64,000 nucleotides of DNA from Octopus sinensis (GCF_006345805.1 NW_021837044.1:3357-67356), one strand, 5' to 3'. Counted from the first letter of the stretch, positions 10,867 through 23,863 are shown. Numbers and translations are program-made. The notes: a model not told the origin generated them from the sequence alone.

Positions 10867-11209
10867 ATCGCTACCATACACGTGCACACACTCACATACA
10901 CATATGCAGAAACACACACATGCACACACACGCGGACACATGCACGAACACATATACACTCAACATACACAGACACATACACACACTCACTCACTCATGC
11001 ACGCACACACACACACAACACACACACACACATACCCGCACAAATCAGGGTCGTTTTTGCAGCATTATAAGCCCCAGGACAAATCAACGCACTGAACCCC
11101 ATAGTGTTGATTCAGTAACAGCAAGTTACAGCATTGGGCCCTACACCCTTGGGGCCCATCAGTAACTATCCTGTGTGCCCACGCCTTAAGTCTGCTTTGA
11201 TACAAATGG

Positions 11210-11536
11210 CAACATACATACATACATACATACACACATTCATATATGCATACATACATACATACATACATACATACATACATACATGCATACATACATA
11301 CATAAATACATACACACATACACACATACATTCATACACACATTCATACATACATACATACATACATCTTTCCATCCATCCACCTATCCATACATACGTA
11401 CGAACATACATACACACACATACATACATACATACATACATGCATACACACACATATACATACATGCATACATGCATACACACATACATACACACACATA
11501 TACATACATACATACAAACATACACACACATATACA

Positions 11537-11570
<34 letters not shown>

Positions 11571-11775
11571 CACACATACATACATACACACATACATACA
11601 AACATACACACACATATACATAATACATACATACAAACTAACATATACACATACATACATACAAACATACATACATACACACATACATGCACACATACAT
11701 ACATACATACATACATACATACAAACATACATACATACATGCACACATATATTCATACATACATACATACATACA

Positions 11776-11809
<34 letters not shown>

Positions 11810-11854
11810 CATACATACATACATACATACATACATACATACATACATACATAC

Positions 11855-11885
<31 letters not shown>

Positions 11886-11920
11886 CATACATACATACAT
11901 ACATACATACATACATACAT
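11210..11920. repeat. (TACA)n microsatellite, ~710 bp
   Basis: Seen directly. Confidence 0.97.
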
Positions 11921-12439
11921 GCGATGTATGAGAGTCTGGCGAAAGGCAGAAAAGAAAAATTGTCAATCACCAACAGACTCGCATTACTATTATTATCCTT
12001 CACCGATGCTTAGAATTCCTTCCCTTCACCTGGTGATTCCTCACAGGAGTCTTCATGCCACCAAAATCAATATGGATATGAGCATGACTTATTAAACGAG
12101 CACGTGATCTAGATGAGGAATCACAATGTGGACGATGGTGGTTTGCAGGAAGACTGTTGTTCTGTTGGTTTCTCTTCCAGTTTTCCCATAGCTGCTCTTG
12201 ATGTTGTATCCTTTGGGTTTCGAAATTTTGAACCTGGAAAAAAGCCTCTCTCGCTCAGTCTTGTAAGAAACCTCTATACGGTTTCTCACAAGATTCTCGA
12301 AGGGTTCTCTCCTTTTACACAGACGTTTCAAATTATTCGACCACTGTTTATGCAAAGGATGTGTCCGCACCGTAGCTTCTGAGACTTCATCAAGAAAGCC
12401 TCTATAACGAATATTCCATTCATCTCCAGAATATTGCTA

Positions 12440-13500
12440 TTTTTAATCCCATCATTTCACTCAACCTTGGGTATTTGCCTGAGACGTCTTTTATGAACCT
12501 TGCACTAACCTCTCCTGGGGCTTTTTCATTTGTCAGTTATTTTATAGCCACTTTCACTTCATCCAAACACGGATCCAATGCAAGAGAGTCAATTATCAGT
12601 TTTGATTGAGTTCATCTCTACTTTTGTACCTCTATTGAGTACATCTTTAAAATGTTCTGCCCAACGTTTCAATAAGTCTTTATTATCTATGAGAGGATTC
12701 CCCTCTGCAGAAAGAACAGGAAAGCACCCTTCATTTCTTGGACCGAATACTCACTTCAAATTTTGATAAAGACATTTCATGTTGTGTTTGTCCGCTGATT
12801 CTTGCAGAGTTTTAACCTTTTCTTCCCACCACCATTGCTTCATTCTTCTGCGTTTAATTTCAACAGAGTTTTTGGCAGACTTGTAAAGCTTCTTCTTTCT
12901 GGCAATGTTCTTATCTGCAATCCATCTTTGTGCAGTTTGTACATTTCTTGAAGCTCTTCATTTATAACCTTATGATTTTCATCAAACCAGTCTTAGTTTT
13001 TACGGCATTAAAACTCAAGACCTTCCCTGAATGACTCATATCACTAAGCTGACCTCATGATTCTTCTATATTTTCCATGATTCTAATATGTAACTATACA
13101 GCAATTGTTTGAATGAAAATACCCTGGTTGTTATCCACTTTGACCTTTGAAATATCAAGTATCCTTATGATTTATATTTACGATTTTGTCTTATAGCCAG
13201 CTTCGGTCTTATTTTTATCTTACTATAAGGTAATAGCATGGCCAGACCAGCATTCTACCGAATGGGGAAAAATGTGTTAATATAGCAATATTTCTATCTC
13301 GATCTCGACCAAGCACATAGTCAACCAAGCGATGATGACCTGATCGAGGATGATACCAAGTCATTCTGCTTATATTGGAATGTCGAAAAAGTGTATTGGC
13401 GACAGAAAGCCCAAATTCACTGCACAAAGATATTAGCAGGAATCCATTTGAGTTCATTTTGCCAGGAATATCAGGAATATCTGGTCAAGAAAGTGAATCT
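12440..13500 (-). mobile_element. RTE/BovB-like LINE fragment (APE endonuclease and linker), decayed
   Basis: NSNGFLLISLCSEFGLSVANTLF..TWYHPRSGHHRLVDYVL; VFGPRNEG..LSAEG..LLKRWAEHFKDVLNR; LDEVKVAI..L.NEKAPG. Confidence 0.85.
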
Positions 13501-13573
13501 GATTCAACGTGGGTATTAAAATCGCCAAAGAAAAAAAGTTTTACAGTTCTATATTTAAGAGATGAGCGATTAT

Positions 13574-13881
13574 GTTGTTGTTTGTTCCTTCTCGAGCCAC
13601 GCCTAGCTCATAAAAGCCGGTTTCCCGGTTTCCTTGGCGTATAGGTTCCCCACCTGGACGGGACACCGGTCCGTCGCAGGTGAGCTGCAAGATGCAGGAG
13701 GAAAGAGTGAGATAAAGTTGTGGCGAAGGAGTCAGCAGGCGTTCGCCATTACCTTCTGCCGGGGCCGCGTGGAGCTTAGGTGTTTCGCTCATAAACACAC
13801 ACATCACCCGGTGTGAGATTCGAACCCGCGATCCCTCGACCGCGAGTCCGCTGTTCTAGCCACTAGGCCATGTGCCTCCAC
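13574..13881 (-). mobile_element. tRNA-derived SINE (family B-related)
   Basis: gtggaggcacatggcctagtggctagaacagcggactcgcg...gggttcgaatctc head; tail ends in (AAC)n. Confidence 0.85.
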
Positions 13882-13960
13882 CGAGAAATCATGTACATTA
13901 AATAATAACAACATCGAAAAATACTTTAGGAATGAGAACCCAGATTCGAAATTTCCATAA

Positions 13961-14006
13961 AGCACCTGAAGAAGGCTGGATGGTATATCAGCCGAAACGT
14001 TGTGTT
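13961..14006 (+). ncRNA. Minimal type I hammerhead motif in Penelope-like repeat (13885-14060)
   Basis: agcac CTGAAGA a GGCTG-loop-CAGCC GAA ACGT T gtgtt. The 3' end of the same repeat recurs inverted at ~42140-42185. Confidence 0.75.
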
Positions 14007-14185
14007 AACAACAAATAAGATGAGGACAAACATCCGTCAAATGCAAATAATGTAAATAAAGTTTTATTGTGATTGAGAATTCACTTCAATATTCATAAAA
14101 CGAAATAGAACTTATATTAGTCACATGATCCTTTAGAATCCAGGCGCGTCAACGCATAGGACACCTTTTTATACCGGTTTACAAT

Positions 14186-14263
14186 TTTACCTGAAGATGG
14201 TGCTTTTATGTTATGACGTAATCTATGAATACCTTAATAACATTCCGAAACAGCCGTAGTAAA
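14186..14263 (+). ncRNA. Minimal type I hammerhead motif, long helix II
   Basis: tttac CTGAAGA t GG...CC GAA ACAGCCGT A gtaaa. Confidence 0.6.
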
Positions 14264-14279
14264 TTTTAAACTCCATTTG

Positions 14280-14313
14280 TCTCTCTATTCTCTCTCTCTA
14301 CTCTCTCTCTTCT

Positions 14314-14352
<39 letters not shown>

Positions 14353-14359
14353 TTTCCTG

Positions 14360-14429
<70 letters not shown>

Positions 14430-14812
14430 GTTTATATCTCACTGCCTTCCCTTTCTTTGTTTCTCAAGTACCCTCTCTTGGAATTGTCTTGTGAAGCACT
14501 TCAAGAGAGCCACAAGAGACCACACACAGCGTTCGTGATGTGAGATACAATGAGAGATCTTACTGATAGAATTATAAAACATCTTCAAGAAGGACGGGGG
14601 AAATTGAGGGCGCGGGGTAGCCACTGTAATGACGCCGGTTACGAGAAAAGAGGAGGAAGAAGAAGGGGAGGAGGAGGAGGAGGAGGAGGAAGAAGGCGCA
14701 GGGAGCGAGGGATGGAGGGGACGGAGCTGAAGAAGAAGAACAACAAGAACAAGAAGAACAAGAACAACAACAACAACAATAACAACAACAACAACATCAA
14801 GTGGAAGAAGAA

Positions 14813-14843
<31 letters not shown>

Positions 14844-15152
14844 TCGTTGGTGACACATTTGTGTGAAATGAGGAAAACAATCTCCTCCAAAGCTAGAAAC
14901 TATCCCAGATTTTGAACGATCGAATTTTACACTCCTTTAGGAAAGGATGACATTTCTCTGTCGGTTTGTCTTTCTGTCTGTCTGTCTGTCTGTGTGCCTT
15001 CCTGCATGGCTATCGGCCTCTCTCTCTTTCTCTCTCACTCTCTCTCTCTCTCTCTCTCTCTATCTCTATCTATCTATATCTTTCTCGCTTCTTCTCTCTA
15101 TTCCTCATACACGCACCTCACTCTCTCCTGCACGTACAGATTCACACGCACA

Positions 15153-15190
<38 letters not shown>

Positions 15191-15263
15191 ACACACACGC
15201 ACACGCACGCACACACACGCACACACACACCACACACACGCACACACACACGCACACACACAC

Positions 15264-15308
<45 letters not shown>

Positions 15309-15480
15309 AACACGTGCACACACCCACTCACAAAACACACACGTATATATACACAGACACACACTGCCACTGGTTTCAACACCACTGCTACCACCACCGC
15401 AACGCCTACAACATCTACACCACCACAACCCCCTCCGCCGCCGCCACTACCAACACCACCACCGCCACCACTCATTTCCG
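14280..15480. repeat. Compound microsatellites (CT, TA, GGA/AAG/AAC/ATG, CA, CCA)
   Basis: Seen directly, interspersed with short unique spacers. Confidence 0.85.
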
Positions 15481-16150
15481 TTCTTCTCATTCCGTCCTCT
15501 CGGTAAGGAAGGCTATTTTGCCATTATTGCTACAATCGGTGAATGAAGTCCAAAGTTAGCGAATGAAATTCGATAATATGAGTCGACATGTATATATATA
15601 TATAGCAGAAATGAGACGACAAAATGTACAGAATTCGCAATAAAATGAGGAACTTAATACCATAAAACCCATTATAAACAATCTGCCCATTAATTATATT
15701 TGAAAATGAATTAAACTCCACATAGCAAAAAAGAAAAAAAAAAAAAAAAAAAAAAAAAACCAGTGTATCAAGGGAAACAACTCCAGCTAAGTTTCTTGAA
15801 AGTTATCGTTCTTGAAATTAAAGTTTTTTTTTTTTTAGTAAATTTTGTTTCGAGAATTTCGTTACTATTTCTGTTTTTTATAGACTGCAGTCATTACATT
15901 GTGGCCATGCTGGGGCACATCCTTCTATGGTTTAACCGAACAATGAACCCCCTAGATCTTTTTTAAGCGACTGATGTATGCTTTACCGGTTCTTTTGCCA
16001 AATCGCTAATTTATCCGGCTGTAACAATCACTCGCTGCCAAATACAAGCATGAACACACACACACACACACACACATAAATATATAAGTGTGAGTATGTG
16101 TATGTATATTTATATATGTTTATATATATCCATTGATATATACATATATT

Positions 16151-17472
16151 AAGGCGGCGAACTGGCAGAATCGTTAGCACGCCGGGCGAAATGCGTAGCC
16201 GTATTTCGTCAGCCGCTACGTTCTAAGTTCAAATTCCGCCGAGGTCGACTTTGCCTTTCATCCATTCGGGATCGATAAATTAAGTACCAGTTACGCACTG
16301 GGGTCCATCTAACCGACTTAAACCGTTTGTCTGTCCTTGTTTATCCTCTCTGTGTTTAGCCCCTTGTGGGTAGTAAAGAAATAGGTATTTCGACTATCTT
16401 AACGTTCTGCGTTCAAATTCCGCCGAGGGCGACTTTGCCTTTCATCCATTCGGGATCGATAAATTAAGTACCAGTTACGCACTGGGGTCCATCTAACCGA
16501 CTTAAACCGTTTGTCTGTCCTTGTTTATCCTCTCTGTGTTTAGCCCCTTGTGGGTAGTAAAGAAATAGGTATTTCGACTATCTTAACGTTCTGCGTTCAA
16601 ATTTCGCCGAGGTCGACTTTGCCTTTCATCCATTCGGGATCGATAAATTAAGTACCAGTTACGCACTGGGGTCCATCTAACCGACTTAAACCGTTTGTCT
16701 GTCCTTGTTTATCCTCTCTGTGTTTAGCCCCTTGTGGGTAGTAAAGAAATAGGTATTTCGACTATCTTAACGTTCTGCGTTCAAATTCCGCCGCCGAGGC
16801 GACTTTGCCTTTCATCCTTTCGGGATCGATAATTAAGTACCAGTTACGCACTGGGGTCCATCTAACCGACTTAAACCGTTTGTCTGTCCTTGTTTATCCT
16901 CTCTGTGTTTAGCCCCTTGTGGGTAGTAAAGAAATAGGTATTTCGACTATCTTAACGTTCTGCGTTCAAATTTCGCCGAGGTCGACTTTGCCTTTCATCC
17001 ATTCGGGATCGATAAATTAAGTACCAGTTACGCACTGGGGTCCATCTAACCGACTTAAACCGTTTGTCTGTCCTTGTTTATCCTCTCTGTGTTTAGCCCC
17101 TTGTGGGTAGTAAAGAAATAGGTATTTCGACTATCTTAACGTTCTGCGTTCAAATTTCGCCGAGGTCGACTTTGCCTTTCATCCTTTCGGGATCGATAAA
17201 TTAAGTACCAGTTACGCACTGGGGTCCATCTAACCGACTTAAACCGTTTGTCTGTTCTTGTTTATCCTCTCTGTGTTTAGCCCCTTGTGGGTAGTAAAGA
17301 AATAGGTATTTCGACTATCTTAACGTTCTGCGTTCAAATTTCGCCGAGGTCGACTTTGCCTTTCATCCATTCGGGGTCGATGAATTAAGTACCAGTTGAG
17401 TACTGGGGTCGATCTAATCTCACTGGCCTCCTCCACAAAAATTTCGGGCCTTGTGCCTAGAGTAGAAAAGAT
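16151..17472 (+). repeat. Family C SINE with an internal 184-bp unit amplified 6 times plus a terminal unit
   Basis: ttcaaatt anchor at 16228, 16412, 16596, 16780, 16965, 17149 and 17333; one tRNA head at 16151; one normal tail ending agtagaaaag. Confidence 0.95.
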
Positions 17473-17528
17473 ATATACATATATCTGTGTGCGTGTGCTT
17501 GTGCGACCGCGTGTTATACATACTTAGG

Positions 17529-17562
<34 letters not shown>

Positions 17563-17778
17563 AATGAGTATATATAAACGTATATAAGTATACACATACA
17601 CACCCATGCACATGTATGTATGTCCTGTTTGTATGTATATATGTATGTATTAGTGGGTGCAGTTGCTGAAAATGACAATAGTGATATTGAAGATGATTTT
17701 TATCATCATCATCATCATCATCTTGTCACTATCTTCGTTATCATCATCATCATCATGTTCATTGTTGTAAGAGATGGT

Positions 17779-18325
17779 AAGGCTGCGAGCTGGCAGAAAC
17801 GTTAGCATGCCGGGCGAAATGCTTAGCGGTACTTCGTCCCTCTTACCGTTCTGAGTTCAAATTCCACAGAAGTCGACTTTGCCTTTCATCCTTTCGGGGT
17901 CGATAAATTAAGTACCAGTTACGCACTGGAGTCGATATAATAGACTTACTCCGTTTGTCTGTCCTTGTTTGTCCCCTCTGTGTTTAGCCCCTTCTGGGTA
18001 GTAAAGAAATAAGTATTTCGTCCGTCTTTACGTTTCGAGTTCAAATTCCGCCGAGGTCGACTTTGCCTTTCATCCTTTCAGGGTCGATTAAATAAGTACC
18101 AGTTACGCATTGAGGTCGATATAATCGACTTAATCCGTTTGTCTGTCCTTGTTTATCCTCTCTGTGTTTAGCCCCTTGTAGGTAGTAAAGAAATAGGTAT
18201 TTCGTATGTCTTTACGTTCTAAGTTCAAATTCCGCTGAGGTCGACTTTGCCTTTCATCCTTTCGGGGTCGATAAATTAAGTAGCAATTGCGTACTGGGGT
18301 CGATATAATCGACTGGCACCCTCCC
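17779..18325 (+). mobile_element. Family C SINE with three internal bodies
   Basis: aaggctgcgagctggcagaaacgttagc head followed by 3 copies of gtcgactttgcctttcatcc. Confidence 0.9.
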
Positions 18326-18344
18326 CCATCTTTTTTCTAGATAT

Positions 18345-18650
18345 TTACACTATCATGACGTTAACCTATATGGATTTACACAGGATTGCACCTAAGGACT
18401 TATGGACTTATTTCTACAATATTGGAAATCTGAACTCTGAACTTTTATGCTTCTTTTTCTTCTCTTTCTTCACCACCCAATCCTTTTACTCCTGTCCTCT
18501 ATGTCATCATTTCAGTGATCTATACCCTTCCCATTTTCTCTATTTGTCTCCGATGACGGAATATCCCATACTCTGCGGTATCCCAGAAACAGCTGTAAGA
18601 CTTTGAATCTTTTCCCCAATAATAATGATGTATATGACTTTTTGCCTTAC
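18345..18650 (+). mobile_element. Penelope-like terminal repeat carrying an HHR variant (18546-18601)
   Basis: gtct CCGATGA c GGA..TCC ca GAA ACAGCTGT A agac; homologous copies inverted at 31370-31690 and 31845-32025. Confidence 0.65.
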
Positions 18651-18804
18651 TTTAACGTATGTTGCCCTCTTCAACAATTACATATATACATATACATCCA
18701 TATATATGTAAATACATAAATAAACACACACACACGCACATTTATATATATATATATTTATTTATTTATTTATTTATTTTCTCTCCTTGTTTCTTTCTGT
18801 GTTC

Positions 18805-18840
18805 CTTTCTGTGGAAGAGCGCAGACTCGAAACGTTAAAG
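18805..18840 (+). ncRNA. Minimal hammerhead-like motif, non-canonical core (CTGTGGA)
   Basis: cttt CTGTGGA a GAG..CTC GAA ACGT T aaag within a ~180 bp repeat bounded by (TA)n; a second copy lies at 27969-28005 (minus). Confidence 0.5.
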
Positions 18841-18926
18841 ACTTTTTCACTTCCTGAGTGTTATACTAATACATCAGTTTGTTGTCTACACCAACTGCCT
18901 TCATCTTTTTTCCCTATATATATATA

Positions 18927-18959
<33 letters not shown>

Positions 18960-19251
18960 GTTATCCGTAATAATGAAGGGTGAAATTAATTAATTTGGAA
19001 TAATTATCAATTACACCAAGTAGTCTTCGGCATGTAAAAGCCTCATTCGAGGAAAATTTAAGTAATACTAAGCAATAAAGGGTTAGCAACGAATTGCCTT
19101 ACCACATACCGAATTAGAAATAGCAGTCAAAGAGTTATAGCTATTTCTTCTACTAAAAAGGGAGATCTCAGTAAAAACAGCAATTGGAAGGCAGACACAA
19201 ACAGGTAAGAGAGAATGAATTGACGGCAATCTATCATACAATTTTAAGTTA

Positions 19252-19348
19252 TCTACGGACGTACGTTTCGAAATCAAGTTTTTAGGAAGCATAAGAATTA
19301 ATATTAATAATTCTATCTCACCAAAACTTCTTTTCTCTTCAGCGTAGA
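19252..19348 (-). ncRNA. Type I hammerhead motif (inverted-arm copy)
   Basis: Reverse complement of 19747-19846. Confidence 0.75.
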
Positions 19349-19746
19349 TACTATAATCAAATGATTATATATTGAATTTTGACTGCTATTTCTAAATTCG
19401 GTATGTGGTAAGGCAATTCGTTGCTAAACCTTTATTGCTTAGTATTACTTAAATTTTCCTCGAATGAGGCTTTTACATGCCGAAGACTACTTGGTGTAAT
19501 TGATAATTATTCCAATTTTAATTTCACCCTTCATTATTACGGATAACCATATTTTATCTCAGTAGATGACCACAGCATCTTGTTTTGGCTGCACGCGGGT
19601 GGGAAGGGGCTGGTGACACAATCTTTTCATTCACACATTGAATTTGGTGATACTAGTTGCGGATTCTAGCTCGCTCTGATACTGAGTTGAGTTGGTGCCT
19701 TCTAGTATCTCAAAATTCAATATATAATCATTTATGATTATAGTAT

Positions 19747-19846
19747 TCTACGCTGAAGAGAAAAGAAGTTTTGGTGAGATAGAATTATTTAATATTTAAT
19801 TCTTATGCTTTCCTAAAAACTTGATTTCGAAACGTACGTCCGTAGA
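19747..19846 (+). ncRNA. Type I hammerhead motif with canonical GUC triplet and extended helix II
   Basis: TCTACG CTGAAGA GAAA..(long loop)..TTTC GAA ACGTACGT C CGTAGA; predicted cleavage after 19840. Confidence 0.8.
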
Positions 19847-20044
19847 TAACTTAAAATTGTATGATAGATTGCCGTCCAATTCATTCTCTCTTACCTGTTT
19901 GTGTCTGCCTTCCAATTGCTGTTTTTACTGAGATCTCCCTTTTTAGTAGAAGAAATAGCTATAACTCTTTGACTGCTATTTCTAAATTCGGTATGTGGTA
20001 AGGCAATTCGTTGCTAAACCCTTTATTGCTTAGTATATATATAT

Positions 20045-20138
<94 letters not shown>

Positions 20139-20165
20139 ATATATAATATATATATATATATATAA

Positions 20166-20209
<44 letters not shown>

Positions 20210-20230
20210 CTCTGTCTTCCCTTCTCCTAT

Positions 20231-20265
20231 GTTTCCGACGAAGAGCTCCGCTCGAAACGTTAAAC
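20231..20265 (+). ncRNA. Minimal hammerhead motif in a ~170 bp TA-flanked repeat (20205-20370)
   Basis: gttt CCGACGA a GAGC tcc GCTC GAA ACGT T aaac; same family at 23976 and 47103. Confidence 0.6.
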
Positions 20266-20376
20266 CCTCCTTCCTTCCTTCTTTCCTGAGCGTCCAATAA
20301 TACTATATTTGTTCCTCGTCCTCGCGTTGTTGTGTTTTTTTTTTGTGCTTTCTTGTTTGGATTAACTTTATCTCTC

Positions 20377-20752
20377 TCTATATAAACGGCAGTTTGTCTG
20401 TGCGTTTTCTGTGTGTCTGTTTTCTCGTACCCTCACTCTGACCACGGCTTTCAACCGATTCTGATGAAACTTGACACACACATAGCCCAATGTCATAATT
20501 CAAAACTAACGCAGCGAAAATTTTGAAAAGTTCCCCCAGTTCTGAAAAAAATCGATAAATTCGACATGGGGTCGAGAATCAGAAACCCAAACCACAGACC
20601 GTCTAGGGGACGCAACTCCACCTTTTTTAACTCTAAAAAAATTTACCATCATTTTTTTTCCATTTTTTTGCTATTTTTTGGCTATAACTCTCTAAAAATG
20701 CTTTATAGTTATTTCCCTTACAAACCTGAGCAACGCCGGGCGATACTGCTAG
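20377..20752 (+). mobile_element. Non-autonomous Helitron
   Basis: 5' TCTATATAAA start; 3' hairpin cctgagcaacgccggg then CTAG followed by T. Confidence 0.8.
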
Positions 20753-20884
20753 TATATGTATATTATAATATATATATATATATTGAAGAGAGTTTACGAA
20801 AAAAACAAAAGACGAAGACGGGTGGTGTACAAAACAAACAGATGTAGTAGTATAACGCTCAGGAATAGAAAAAAAGAATATATG

Positions 20885-20949
<65 letters not shown>

Positions 20950-21012
20950 TATATATAATATATATATATATACGAATGCATGCCTATGTATGTAGGTATG
21001 TATGTATGTATG

Positions 21013-21082
<70 letters not shown>

Positions 21083-21488
21083 TTTCTTCTTCTCATCTGT
21101 CTTTGTTAATTTTTTCCTCGCCAAATGGCATCTTCATAAACACTTTACTTCCTGTCTCATCTTTCTTTTCATTCACTATTTTTTCTTATTTCCTTCCTTA
21201 TTCTTCTTATTCTTTTCTTAATTTTTTTTTATTCCCTCCAAATCTATCATCACGCGAGATTAATGAAGAAATTAATATATTTTAAGTTATGATATATAAA
21301 TATCTGAAGGAGAAACGATACTTTGTTTTTAAGATGCAGTCAGTAACGTGTTTTTCTGTACATGTGTGTGTGAGTGTGTGTGTGTCAGTGTCTATGTAGT
21401 ATGTATGTGCATAGATGGTTTATTAACCTCTAACTCATACAGCCTAGTACTTATATCGGTCTCTTTTGCGGAACGCTAATATACAAGC

Positions 21489-21558
<70 letters not shown>

Positions 21559-21796
21559 ACATATACATATTATATTTATATATATATATACACACACATA
21601 TATATATATATACAACTTTCTATATATCTATGTGTATGCGCGCGCGCGCGTGTGTGTGTGTGTACATACGTGTGTGTGTACAGAAAGAGAGAGCGAGAGA
21701 AAGACAAAGAGCGATACGAAAGTAGAAGGCAGACAGGTAGAATGGTATGGAAATGCAAACCTCTACACATATACATATACGCATGTATTACATAGA

Positions 21797-22400
21797 CATA
21801 CATACATGATGGCTGCCCCTCGTTATCGCGTATGGCCATTGCACGAAGCTTAACTGTTATTGGTGCTGTGATCGAATGTGACTTTTTAGCCCAGCTAAAG
21901 ATCAACAATGTCTTGTACAGAATTGGCAGTTAAAACCTTTACCGGCTGTAGTTGTAACTGGGCTTCATGTACCTTTGCATATCGTTTAAGTCCTTCTGCC
22001 CAATTACACTCTCTTCCACATGCCCGAAAAATATGATTAGTATGGTATGTTACACCACCACCAGTGGCCAGGTTGTCACTCATCTGTTTCGTTTTATGAC
22101 TACGAAGATGACTCTTGAGTCCAGCTTTACTGAGGCAGGGTCTTGCACAGACACTGCATGTCAGCATCATAGGAAGACCATTCCCATCTGGAAATGTAAC
22201 AGCGATGCCCTTCCTGACATCCCTCCTTATTTTCTCATGTGCAACTCGAGATTTCTCAAAGGTAGCTGTCCCCTCATGCACAATCCTTCTCCACCTGCTA
22301 CGATCAATAGCTATGCCCTCCCATGTGTCAGGAGAGATGCAAGCATCTCTTAAGGAAGCCTTCAACAAGTCCTTATACCTCTTTTTTGGTTTATGTAAGC
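21797..22400 (-). mobile_element. RTE/BovB-like LINE 3' end
   Basis: LKASL..C.ISPDTWEGIAIDRSRWRRIV.EG; C2H2 motif CSVCARPCLSKAGLKSHLRSH; tail ends in (TATG)n. Confidence 0.85.
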
Positions 22401-22499
22401 CTAGTAGTTAACCCATCGGTTTCTTTGCCGAGCCACTAAGTTACAGGGACATAAACACACCAGCATCGGTTGTCAAGCAATGATGGGGTGATAAACACA

Positions 22500-22913
22500 G
22501 ACATAAATACATACATATATACAAACATACATACATACATACATACATACACACACATACATACATACATACATACATACATACACACACACATACATAC
22601 ATACATACATACATACATACATACATACATACATACATACATACACACACACATACATACATACATACATAACATCATACATACATACATACACACATAC
22701 ATACATACATACATACACGCACATACATACATACATACATACATACATACATACATACATACACACACATACATACATACATACATGCATATATACATAC
22801 ATACATACATACATACACACATACATACACACATACATACACACATACATACACACATACATACATACATACATACATACATACAAACATACATACATAC
22901 ATACATACATACA

Positions 22914-22949
<36 letters not shown>

Positions 22950-22950
22950 T
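22500..22950. repeat. (TACA)n microsatellite
   Basis: Seen directly. Confidence 0.95.
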
Positions 22951-23563
22951 ATAAGGCATAGACATGCCCACGCAGTTAAGAAGCTTGCTTTGCAAACCCT
23001 TGGCTTCAGATTCAGTTCCACGATGCAGTACCATGAGCAAGTGTTTTCTGCTATAGTACCGGGTCGACTGAGACCTCGTGAGTGAAGTTGGTGAAAAGTA
23101 TGTGGGAAAACATCACGTGTGTGTATCTTTAGGCATATTTTTATGACCCTCACCCCACGCCTCCAACATTTGACAACGGCCATCTAGCAGCTTCTGTAAA
23201 ATAAGTAAAGACATCATAAAGTAAGAACTGGAACTGGTTTGCCGCAGACCAATGACTGCAACAAGGAAAAGGGAAAAGATAAAAAAGACCTATATATATA
23301 GAAGGTTTGAAAATGCAGTTTTAAAAGATGTTTATTTACTTGACCGGTTTCACTTTTTTAGAAAAAGATTGTCAAACGTAACATGTAAAAGCTTTGTTGT
23401 GTTAGGTACTGGTTGTCGCAAAATATTACAATACATATATACATTCTTTGATAATGATAAGAACATGTTAAAAACAGTTTACAAGGAAAATACAAGCATA
23501 TATTTTTTGTATTTTTCCAAGATTTTTCCTCCTACTCGTGCGGTACCTTACAACTTCATTTTG

Positions 23564-23610
<47 letters not shown>

Positions 23611-23863
23611 GTATGTATGTGTATATTCATTTATTTATTTCAGTTATTTCATTGCAGCTATGCTGGAGCACAGCCTTTTAGTCGAACAAATCGACCCCAG
23701 GACTTTATTGCTGTAAGCCTAGCACTTATTCTAGCGGTCTCTTTTGCGGAACCGCTAATTTACGAGGACGTAAACACACCAACGCTGGTTGTTGAGCGAT
23801 GGTGTATGTATGTATAAGTGAAACAAGTAAAACAATAAAATGATATAAATCTATGTATGTATG

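Larger units (their letters stand above)
18960..20035. mobile_element. Penelope/retrozyme-like element: inverted arm plus ~590 bp tandem unit, in (TA)n
   Basis: Segments X(18960-19131) Y(19132-19382) X'(19378-19547) spacer Y'(19710-19967) partial X'(19968-20035). Confidence 0.85.

Noticed and set aside
11134-12095. Long ORFs (265-269 aa) rich in HTYI/MYVC, and similar ORFs at 5.7-6.3, 14.5-15.5, 22.4-23.2, 27.0-27.6, 45.6-46.2, 54.1-54.8 and 57.6-60.4 kb
   Set aside because: They are translations of stop-free microsatellites, not genes.
15725-15760. Poly(A) run as the end of a processed pseudogene
   Set aside because: No upstream ORF, polyadenylation signal context or TSD was found.
16151-17472. 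CRISPR-like appearance of regular repeats (also 673-2385)
   Set aside because: Units are contiguous near-identical tandem copies with no unique spacers, there are no cas genes, and the context is eukaryotic.
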